From IMG/VR virus record IMGVR_UViG_3300047469_000103, positions 224,001 to 288,000 of that record: DNA of 64,000 nucleotides. The stretch is one strand, 5' to 3'. Position numbers and translations under genes: made by a program. Of this stretch, positions 38,954-46,600 are shown one piece after another (the stretch's first letter is position 1; every line of letters begins with the position of its first letter). Origin of the DNA: a virus (taxonomy: Duplodnaviria > Caudoviricetes). The notes beneath the pieces are model-generated. The model ran no database searches. It was given only the letters and a program-made list of their open reading frames with translations, and was not told the DNA's origin.

Positions 38954-39555
38954 TCATAAATGCGGCGGTAAGCCGGGGCGGGGGTTTGGTGCGCGGGTGA
39001 TTGAAGGGAAGGGGGCGAGCGGAATGGGGGATGGGATGCGCTTCGCGCTTTTTAACGTGCCGAAGGTCTATTATTTGTGCATACAAATAACGCGGACAGA
39101 GCTATCCTTAAAAGATTGCACATTCATCGCTCAATGCAAACGCATGCAGTGGATTAATTCTGTTTTGTTTGGCTGGCTGGTAAATGTGCCGGTTTCTTTT
39201 TCAACTGTGTTCCTACGGAACCAGTCTCTGTCGCTGCGCTCCGAGCCTGTTTCGCTTCGCTTCTCTCGCTGCGCTCGCCAGAGCAACACGAGAATCAATC
39301 CGTTCCTAAACTCAATCACCGCAAACAATCATGGCTCGACGAAGCAGTCTCGATCCGTTCCAAACCAAATAATCATTTTGTTCTGTCACTCAATATTCCG
39401 CAACGAGTACACAAGCCACCCTTTACAGTTTTCAAAAGGACACATTTTAGACCGAAAAACATTCCATACAATAACCATTTGTTTCAATCATTCAAATAAA
39501 AGTCGAATAAAAGGCAATAAAAAAGGGAACCGCAATGGCTCCCTTTAGGTGTACG
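38954..39555. other. 600-bp gene-free region, candidate replication origin or regulatory locus
   Basis: Largest non-coding gap in the window; G-run cluster, GNA mini-hairpins, inverted and direct repeats, A-rich right end. Confidence 0.45.
39518..39545 (-). terminator. intrinsic terminator
   Basis: Minus strand GGGAGCC-attgc-GGTTCCC followed by a U tract, downstream of 39556..40338. Confidence 0.75.
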
Positions 39556-40338
39556 TTAAAGCGATTTGCATGTAACCAAACGGTCGTAAAGTTCCAGAAT
39601 GTTTGCATCAAAGTCGAAACCCGGAATAGGGCTTGCGCATTCGCGGCAATCAAACCAATCGTGAGCTTTACAAGGCGTTGCCATCGGCATTAATGGCGCA
39701 GCAACCGGTGTGGTATCACACGGCGGAATCGGGCACGGGTCTGCATCCATCAATAGACGTTCACAAACGAGTTTAATCAACAGGCAAATATTTACGTCAT
39801 TGATAACGTATTTTTCACCGGTGTTTTCTGTCTCGAAAGCAATTGTCGTTTTGACATTCCCGGTCTGCGGACAATCAGAAGGCGCGCAACCATTGTCGGG
39901 TGTCAGCACTGGCGCTTCGATAACCCGTTCCGGTTGGGCCATTTGAATTGGATTTGCCGGGACAAATGTTCCGTCTTCAGGTACGCCATCCAGAACAGTA
40001 ATTCCGTTCATGGAAATGCGAACTTTCTTCGGCCCGTAAGTCTGAATGCAAACGGATGTTTCACCATCGCGTTCAAACGTGGTCACGTCGGCATAAGTTC
40101 CATCCGATGCGGTAGCGGTGTGATGCCCTTGCAACTTCGCTTGAATTTCGTGCTTCACTTTATCCCACATGAGCGCGAATTTCTTGCTGCTTTTTTCTGC
40201 AATGGCATTTGCCAGTTTGTCGCCGGTTTCACGACTGAGAAAAGGCATAATCATTCTGAGCATGGCAGAACGTTTATTACCGCCTTTTCGATTGCGTGCC
40301 AGTGCGATCATATTCGACGCAATGACTAATTCTTTCAC
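39556..40338 (-). CDS. hypothetical protein with Cys-rich C-terminus
   Basis: GGAGG SD then GTG 40338 (GTGA overlap); CKAHDWFDCREC. Confidence 0.7.
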   Translation of the reverse strand: MKELVIASNMIALARNRKGGNKRSAMLRMIMPFLSRETGDKLANAIAEKSSKKFALMWDKVKHEIQAKLQGHHTATASDGTYADVTTFERDGETSVCIQTYGPKKVRISMNGITVLDGVPEDGTFVPANPIQMAQPERVIEAPVLTPDNGCAPSDCPQTGNVKTTIAFETENTGEKYVINDVNICLLIKLVCERLLMDADPCPIPPCDTTPVAAPLMPMATPCKAHDWFDCRECASPIPGFDFDANILELYDRLVTCKSL

Positions 40339-40907
40339 GGTTGAACCTCCCAATCAATTTCGGCGCCGTGGTGATGGCAATACGTGCGCGTGGCTAAATG
40401 GATTGTCATTTGCAGTTCTTCGGTAATATCCGCTGGCGCCAAATCACCACGCAGAATTACCCGGCTCACACTACGTCCGCGAATAGGCCGCAGACTGGAA
40501 GGCAACGAATTGTTTTCCACGTGGATTTCGAAGTCGGGATAAACTTCAGGAAACACGGTGCCTTCAGGCCAGACAATAATCGTCTTCCATTTAAAACCGG
40601 AAGCAACTTTCGCATAACCGTCTTCGAACGCTTCGGCAGGGCTGAAAGATTCGTAGCCGTTTTCGTAGCGCACGTAATAACCGCCAATAAACGGTTCGTG
40701 TTTTTTGTAATACGCATCGCTCACAATCACCGAATATTCACCGGCTGCCGAGGTCATAACGTATTCGGTTTTCTGAGGGGCCAGAATGCCGTCAACGTAG
40801 TGCAGTTCTTCACGTGTGCCGTCCGACGTGCCTTTTTCTTGCGCGTAGATAACACCGATTTGAAAACCCTTCACACGCTTGTGGCTTTGGTAGGTTGCGA
40901 GTTCCAT
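40335..40907 (-). CDS. hypothetical phage protein
   Basis: YQSHKRVKG...GGYYVRYENGYESFSPAEAFEDGY is a motif pattern common in uncharacterised phage proteins. Confidence 0.7.
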   Translation of the reverse strand: MELATYQSHKRVKGFQIGVIYAQEKGTSDGTREELHYVDGILAPQKTEYVMTSAAGEYSVIVSDAYYKKHEPFIGGYYVRYENGYESFSPAEAFEDGYAKVASGFKWKTIIVWPEGTVFPEVYPDFEIHVENNSLPSSLRPIRGRSVSRVILRGDLAPADITEELQMTIHLATRTYCHHHGAEIDWEVQP

Positions 40908-40908
40908 A

Positions 40909-41388
40909 TTAATCCCTCAAAGAATATGCGAATTGAATTGTGCCGCCGTGTGGCGAACCGCTGATGATCCGGCCTACGCCAATCGCAAACAAATCCTGCG
41001 ATGCGTTGATTATCGGCGTCCACGATTCAATTTCCATCGGTGACAAAGTAATCTTGGATTGTGGCGGACAATCAAACGACAAATAAATGCAACGTGAAGC
41101 CATCACCACGCGCACCAGTTCTTCGTGACCTTCCCACGCTTTCATTTCTTTCACCCGCAAGAATTCTTGCAGGATGATATTGCGAATGGTGGCAGTGCCA
41201 ATGCTCAAGGCACGATCCAAATCGAAATTCAACCAGCCTTTCGAATTGTTAATGATTTCGCCAAGGGTGTGACCACGGAAAACCGCCAGTGACTCAGGTT
41301 CGTTTTTAACGGAAATGGAATTGGCAGTAATAATCGGTGGCACATCGTCGTCGTGCAAATACAACCGCATTACTTGGAGTTCTTTCAT
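40909..41388 (-). CDS. hypothetical protein
   Basis: 159 aa; ATGA coupled. Confidence 0.7.
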   Translation of the reverse strand: MKELQVMRLYLHDDDVPPIITANSISVKNEPESLAVFRGHTLGEIINNSKGWLNFDLDRALSIGTATIRNIILQEFLRVKEMKAWEGHEELVRVVMASRCIYLSFDCPPQSKITLSPMEIESWTPIINASQDLFAIGVGRIISGSPHGGTIQFAYSLRD

Positions 41389-42485
41389 CGCAACTTATAT
41401 CCCTTGGCAATATTTCTTAGAGGTTCTGTCGGTTGCAGCACACGCGTAGAGCAAACCCATTCAAGCCGGGCCTGATCCTGCATAATCTTCCGTTCTTTAT
41501 CGCGGATTTTCAGATAGAGATTTCGTTCGGGAATACAAACGATATCGCCTTCGTTTACTTCGGAAACTTCCGGGCCGAGAACGATTGGAATATCGCTCAT
41601 GGTTTGCAGCCGGTCATAATCCAGCGTGGTCGTTTCACCACCGATGTTCGCGTTAATTCGCTGGATACCCAAATCGAATTCAAACAGCACATGCGTAAAG
41701 CGTGAGGCATGCACATAAAAATCAATTGTTGTACCGGCGTGCTGGCGTAGGTCTTCAATCGTTAATGCTTTGCCATCCTTGCGACACGGGCGATCACGCA
41801 GAATGAAAAGGTCTTCACGCACACTGTAGGTTGCCGAATTGAAATACTTCGGCACCAGCAATTTGAAACACACGTAAGCGTCTGCGATTTCTTTTACAAA
41901 CGCATGCGGTGCGCTTGTGGAATCGACATGGAAACCGTCGATGTTTTCGATATCGTAATTGGTAAACAGACGACGCTGCAAACCGTAAGCCTGATAACCC
42001 GGCTGACGCAATGAGCGATAGCAAATTCCGCAATTGATACTGCCTTGCGAAACGCCATCTTGATAATCGTCTTCGTCGTCGGCAAATGTGGTGACGGCAA
42101 CGAGTCCTTCATTGGAATCAGCACGACCGCCGCTGACCTGCACGACAACATCATCATTCATGATTTTCTGACTGAAATCAGAACCGAACAAATCGTCGTC
42201 TTGCATTTCAATATCAATCGTATCGGTCACACGATCTTTATGCGGAATCACTGGCGCTTCAGTCGAACCGGGATGAATCGGCACGTTTGTTTTTGAACAG
42301 GTACAAGGCCGACCAACCAAACGTTCGACCTGATAAAGAATAATGCCCACCGCGTTAACGGCAAGGCTGTTGGAAACCTGATTGTTATACGCCGCAACTG
42401 TTTCATCCATTCGGGCTTGCGCCTGTTTGTGGATAATGTTTCTGGCGTGAACACGCTTGTTGTTTGACGGGCCACGTTTAATCAT
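41385..42485 (-). CDS. putative head-closure/neck protein with CxC...CxxC zinc motif
   Basis: RPCTCS...NCGICY...PGY and terminal beta strands resemble large-myovirus head-closure proteins; GGAGG SD. Confidence 0.5.
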   Translation of the reverse strand: MIKRGPSNNKRVHARNIIHKQAQARMDETVAAYNNQVSNSLAVNAVGIILYQVERLVGRPCTCSKTNVPIHPGSTEAPVIPHKDRVTDTIDIEMQDDDLFGSDFSQKIMNDDVVVQVSGGRADSNEGLVAVTTFADDEDDYQDGVSQGSINCGICYRSLRQPGYQAYGLQRRLFTNYDIENIDGFHVDSTSAPHAFVKEIADAYVCFKLLVPKYFNSATYSVREDLFILRDRPCRKDGKALTIEDLRQHAGTTIDFYVHASRFTHVLFEFDLGIQRINANIGGETTTLDYDRLQTMSDIPIVLGPEVSEVNEGDIVCIPERNLYLKIRDKERKIMQDQARLEWVCSTRVLQPTEPLRNIAKGYKLR

Positions 42486-42571
42486 TTTTGATACCTCCGT
42501 TCCCTATAAATTACGCCTGAAAAAGTGAGATTGCGGATAGTAATTCAGTAGTATGCTCAAGGAGATTCAAG

Positions 42572-43219
42572 ATGGCCCGGCGTAAAAGCAAAAAGAAAGT
42601 GCAGGTAAGCAGCGCCCCGCAATTGGTATTCAAACGCAAGAAGCTGAAACGCAAGTATCCCAATTCGGTAATCGTTACCGGGCAAGATATGGGAACAAAG
42701 AACTACGCAGTAACGCAGATTGAAGCGTGGATTAAAGACGGGCGTTTCCGTTTCCGTGTGTTGGGTTCGAAAATGATGGTGAACCTAATCCATGACGTGA
42801 AAGTTGCGCAAAACGAATGCGCTTTGTTCGTCGAAGAATACAAACGTTTACCTGAAGCAGATTACATTGCAGCGGAACGGTATCAATCCCGGCCCGGTGG
42901 CTCCACTGGTTCAACCGTCGAAGCTATCTCGATGATGTTGGGCGCGATGATGCTAATTCATCCAGATACACCAATCGAATATTACACAGCGGCGACGTGG
43001 AAGAACGCTTTCAACGGAACGCAAGCTGATTTGAAATCAATGTACGAAGATTTGAAAGAATACAAAGCCTTCGGAATTGTGATTCACCAACTCGATTCGT
43101 TCTTCATTGCGCTTTATCACGCAGCGAAAATGTTGGGTGTCAAACCATTCGATTTCATTGAAAGTTTCAAAGACGAAGAACGCCTTTTCAAAGTTCTTTG
43201 CGATGCACCGACCTTATAA
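42572..43219 (+). CDS. ruvC: RuvC-like Holliday junction resolvase
   Basis: VTGQDMGTKNYA (catalytic D), IAAERYQ (E), HQLDSFFIALY (D); AAGGAG SD. Confidence 0.85.
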   Translation: MARRKSKKKVQVSSAPQLVFKRKKLKRKYPNSVIVTGQDMGTKNYAVTQIEAWIKDGRFRFRVLGSKMMVNLIHDVKVAQNECALFVEEYKRLPEADYIAAERYQSRPGGSTGSTVEAISMMLGAMMLIHPDTPIEYYTAATWKNAFNGTQADLKSMYEDLKEYKAFGIVIHQLDSFFIALYHAAKMLGVKPFDFIESFKDEERLFKVLCDAPTL

Positions 43220-43231
43220 ATAATGTAAATA
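43215..43231 (+). promoter_or_regulatory. TATAAATA/TGTAAATA tandem, candidate promoter
   Basis: TATAAATA at 43215-43222 equals the T4 late -10 consensus; TGTAAATA at 43224-43231. Confidence 0.4.
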
Positions 43232-43266
43232 AAGGGGGTATTTTACAGAAACCTCCGAGGTCATTT

Positions 43267-43683
43267 ATGCAATCTGATAAAGGGTTTACCGTTACAACCG
43301 ATACCCCTCTCCGACGTAGCGATTTCGCAGTCGAAGGGGATTTCCTGCCGACGATTTTGAGCCGCGCCTTCTACGTTTCGTATGAAGTTGAACGCCGCTT
43401 TGAAGCTGATCGCCAGCGTCCGCACACCGTAATCGTTTCGTTCATGGAAACTGCAAACAACATTGCAGATTTGAACGCCATTACATTCGGTCAAGTGTCG
43501 CCAGAAAATCTGATCCTGATTACCAAAACCAAATCTGGCCGCGTTGTTTCTAAACGGACTTTTTCCAGTCTGCGTTTGAAGACAGCCGGTGCCAGCTACG
43601 CAATGCACGGCGACCACGAGGTTCCGTTGCAACGTTTTGTTTTTGACTGCTACATGTCAGACGCGGAATTTCCGAAGTCTTGA
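43267..43683 (+). CDS. possible tail-tube (T4 gp19-like) fold protein
   Basis: GAGG SD then ATG 43267; LILITKTKSGRVVSKRTFSSL...VPLQRFVFDC resembles the tube-fold pattern; tentative. Confidence 0.45.
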   Translation: MQSDKGFTVTTDTPLRRSDFAVEGDFLPTILSRAFYVSYEVERRFEADRQRPHTVIVSFMETANNIADLNAITFGQVSPENLILITKTKSGRVVSKRTFSSLRLKTAGASYAMHGDHEVPLQRFVFDCYMSDAEFPKS

Positions 43684-44180
43684 AAAGCAAGCAATGCCCC
43701 CTGCTGGATACCTATCGTTTCAAATCGCAATGCCGTGTAGAAACCTGCAAATACTACACGGAAAAAACTGCGAACAAGTGCATGGCACTCGATACGGTAT
43801 TTTCGTCCACGGACAAGGGCACGACTGACGCGGAGTTACGGCTACTGAAATTGCCGGAGCATTCGAAGCGAGAAGTTTTTGTAGTGCGAAAAGAAGCACT
43901 GGAAAACGTACAGGCCGTTATGGCTTTGTACCGAGCGGTGAGAGTTTGCCGCGAAGAAAAAGACAGTGACGTTTTCCCTGAAGAAAACACAGTCACGCAA
44001 AAAGTTGTGTCGCATCCTCTGTTCAAAGATTCCGATATCGGGATGGAAGAGTGGATGTTGCCTTACCTGTTTGATCCGAAATTCATGTCGAAATTCGGCA
44101 ACCCGAAAATTCACACCCTGTTCGATGTTTCCGATAAGGAAATGGAACAAGCCTACCCTAGCCTCGGAGAAAAGAAATGA
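43680..44180 (+). CDS. hypothetical protein with Cys-rich N-terminus
   Basis: CP...C...C...C spacing; coupled to neighbours. Confidence 0.65.
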   Translation: MKSKQCPLLDTYRFKSQCRVETCKYYTEKTANKCMALDTVFSSTDKGTTDAELRLLKLPEHSKREVFVVRKEALENVQAVMALYRAVRVCREEKDSDVFPEENTVTQKVVSHPLFKDSDIGMEEWMLPYLFDPKFMSKFGNPKIHTLFDVSDKEMEQAYPSLGEKK

Positions 44181-44806
44181 CTGCTCAAAGTTCGAATAAA
44201 GCCCTGATGCGCAAACTGACCGTGCCTGAAGCCCTCAAGCGCGACGACCTGTGCCTTTACGTGATGAACATCGTAAAACCGGGCGGCAATATCAACCTGA
44301 CTGCAAAAGGCGAAGACGGCCAAATGCAATCGGTTGTAATTCCGAAAACTTTTATCCCGGTTGACATGACTCTGTTCATCAACCGCGCAAACCTGCTGAA
44401 TAACCAGATTTTCCGTCAACTGGTTGTCCGTGGCGACGTGGTAATTGTTCACCCGGACGATGCTGAAAAAGCAATCGAAGCCCACCCGAACGCGAAGAAA
44501 GAACAGAAGCGAATTCTGTCGTCGAATACCGACTACGACGTGGCCGGTGGCGCTGCTGGTAACAGCGGTTATATCGAAATGAAAGACACCGGCGGTTCGC
44601 TGCAACAGCGCGTTGAATCCGATGCTTCCAACATTTCGCCATTCGCTGCCGGTATCGTGAGCCGTGCCGCTTCCGAAGACGTGGCCGATTTGATGATGGA
44701 TATCGAAGCCAACCGCGACACACTCAGCACCGACGATCTGGAATTCATCGCGACCAACGTTGAAGACGCTACCCTGAAGCAATTCATCGTAGATCAACTG
44801 GCGTAA
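44177..44806 (+). CDS. hypothetical protein
   Basis: 209 aa; GGAG SD; followed by a terminator. Confidence 0.75.
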   Translation: MTAQSSNKALMRKLTVPEALKRDDLCLYVMNIVKPGGNINLTAKGEDGQMQSVVIPKTFIPVDMTLFINRANLLNNQIFRQLVVRGDVVIVHPDDAEKAIEAHPNAKKEQKRILSSNTDYDVAGGAAGNSGYIEMKDTGGSLQQRVESDASNISPFAAGIVSRAASEDVADLMMDIEANRDTLSTDDLEFIATNVEDATLKQFIVDQLA

Positions 44807-44820
44807 TGTTTTTCTGAAGC

Positions 44821-44862
44821 AAAAAAAAGGCCGCAATCCAATTAAGGAAAGCGGCCTTTTTT
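44821..44862. terminator. bidirectional intrinsic terminator with 2x2 internal loop
   Basis: A8-GGCCGC-aa-TCC-aattaa-GGA-aa-GCGGCC-T6 between convergent genes. Confidence 0.9.
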
Positions 44863-44869
44863 GTGCCTG

Positions 44870-45157
44870 TCATTCAGCAGCAACGGGGATATTCATTTCA
44901 GATGCGAGAATTGCAATGGTTTCCTCGACACCGTGAATTGTCAGTACCTCGTAAAGAATTGCCTTTTCATCGAATTCGTTTTTCAGCGTGCGCATCACAT
45001 CCAACGCATCGACGGTTGTTGTCGGGTACGGATGGCTGCGTGTCCAACGCGTGTACACTTTCTTCGGCACATTGAATTCTTTATGCAGTTTCACGTCCAG
45101 CGCCCAAATTTTATCAGTCGCCAAACACAGGTAGCGTTTAATTTCGTCACTAATCAT
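44870..45157 (-). CDS. hypothetical protein
   Basis: 95 aa; coupled. Confidence 0.65.
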   Translation of the reverse strand: MISDEIKRYLCLATDKIWALDVKLHKEFNVPKKVYTRWTRSHPYPTTTVDALDVMRTLKNEFDEKAILYEVLTIHGVEETIAILASEMNIPVAAE

Positions 45158-45456
45158 GGTTTGAATTCCATCATGGCTGCGCAGATTGCGTGAGTACGTC
45201 CGACCAATCCACCGTTGCGTAACGACAGCAATTGTTTCATTTTGTTTTCAATCGAAGTTTGAATCGCCAGCGCATACGACAGGCACTGCCCTTTTGTCAC
45301 ACCGCCATGCAGACCAGATGCACCACGCCCGTATGGATTATTGCCGATGCCGAATTCCGCATACAGCGCGTAATCAAATTCAGTTTCGCGTTCCATCAAT
45401 TTCTGCACAGCACTGATGGTTTCCCAATCGGCTAACTCTCTTCCTTCTGCGCTCAT
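45154..45456 (-). CDS. hypothetical protein
   Basis: 100 aa; ATGA coupled to the primase gene. Confidence 0.65.
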   Translation of the reverse strand: MSAEGRELADWETISAVQKLMERETEFDYALYAEFGIGNNPYGRGASGLHGGVTKGQCLSYALAIQTSIENKMKQLLSLRNGGLVGRTHAICAAMMEFKP

Positions 45457-46538
45457 TTCTTCTTCACTCCGATACGTTTGGTTTTCTGTTCGATTTTCAG
45501 TTTAGGTTTCATTTTCTTTTCTGTCGCGATGACTTTCTTTTTCTTCTTCGGTGCTACTGGCATTGCACCCGCGTAAACAATTTCCTTCACCTTGTCGATG
45601 ATCTTCTGGCTCGCATCGTCCGGGTCAAGCTTAATCAGATTGCCCTCTTCATCGAATTTGCGTGGCAGTTTCAGTTCCTCGAAATCAATCATGTTTTCAC
45701 AGAACGATTCGACCAGTCGCGCCATGCCAATACCTGCACTGTCGTTATCCGTCAGCGTGTAGATTTTCTTGATGCCTAATCCCATCAACAGCATGAGTTT
45801 CCGTTCGCCAAACATTTTGGAACCGAGGATACCAATTGCCGGGATTTTATTCAGCACCAGACGCAGCCAGTCACGCGGGCCTTCACATAGCACCACGGAA
45901 TCACAACCGAACAATTCATGCTTGCGCACAAAATCATAACCGAGCAATCCATAATTCTGTACCCAGTCGCCACCGGTGTTGAGATACGACGGGCCTTTTT
46001 CTGGTTTGTCCCACAACGCTTTCACACCGCCGCGATATCGACCGTTAATGTAGACCGGAAGCACCAACATTAATTCGTCACGTTTTCCCTCGTTGAACAT
46101 GTAGCCATCAACGCGCTTAATCATGCTGCCGGGATAACCACGCCATTCCTTTTTCTCAGGCCACGGAAGCACTGCACCGCCGACCTCTTCGAATAGACGC
46201 TTAATGCTTTTACTGTTCGTGGATTCTGCTGCGCTTTTATTACGCAACACGCGGCCCATGTCACCCGCAGTTGTGCCTGTGAAATTCTGCCATTCTTTAA
46301 TGATGCGCAGGCCCATCTTTTCCGCAAGCTTATTCCACGGGCCTGCTTCGCCACAACCGTAACAGTTGAAAAAACCTAACGGGACTTTTGCTTCATACGA
46401 AATGTTGATACCGCACGATGGCGTCTTTTCGTCGTGGAACGGACAACAGATTGAAAAACTGGAATGTGTTTGTTTTGTATAGCCTTGAATTTTATCCAGT
46501 TCTTCATGGAGAATCGTAAACGCATCTTCCATGCTCAT
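45453..46538 (-). CDS. dnaG: DNA primase (CHC2 zinc finger + TOPRIM)
   Basis: CCPFHDEKTPSC...CYGC; VVLCEGPRDWL; TLTDNDSAG. Confidence 0.9.
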   Translation of the reverse strand: MSMEDAFTILHEELDKIQGYTKQTHSSFSICCPFHDEKTPSCGINISYEAKVPLGFFNCYGCGEAGPWNKLAEKMGLRIIKEWQNFTGTTAGDMGRVLRNKSAAESTNSKSIKRLFEEVGGAVLPWPEKKEWRGYPGSMIKRVDGYMFNEGKRDELMLVLPVYINGRYRGGVKALWDKPEKGPSYLNTGGDWVQNYGLLGYDFVRKHELFGCDSVVLCEGPRDWLRLVLNKIPAIGILGSKMFGERKLMLLMGLGIKKIYTLTDNDSAGIGMARLVESFCENMIDFEELKLPRKFDEEGNLIKLDPDDASQKIIDKVKEIVYAGAMPVAPKKKKKVIATEKKMKPKLKIEQKTKRIGVKKK

Positions 46539-46540
46539 AA

Positions 46541-46586
46541 ACTGTAAACCTGAAATATCAATTTAACAATGTACACCCTTTACAGT
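46541..46586. promoter_or_regulatory. inverted pair of ACTGTAAA elements between divergent genes
   Basis: ACTGTAAA at 46541-46548 (+) and TTTACAGT at 46579-46586. Confidence 0.5.
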
Positions 46587-46600
46587 ATCACTCGCAGTAG

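Noticed and set aside
38943-39548. 201-aa plus-strand ORF across the gene-free region
   Set aside because: It runs opposite to all flanking genes, encodes the G-run and hairpin low-complexity sequence, has no SD and is not protein-like.
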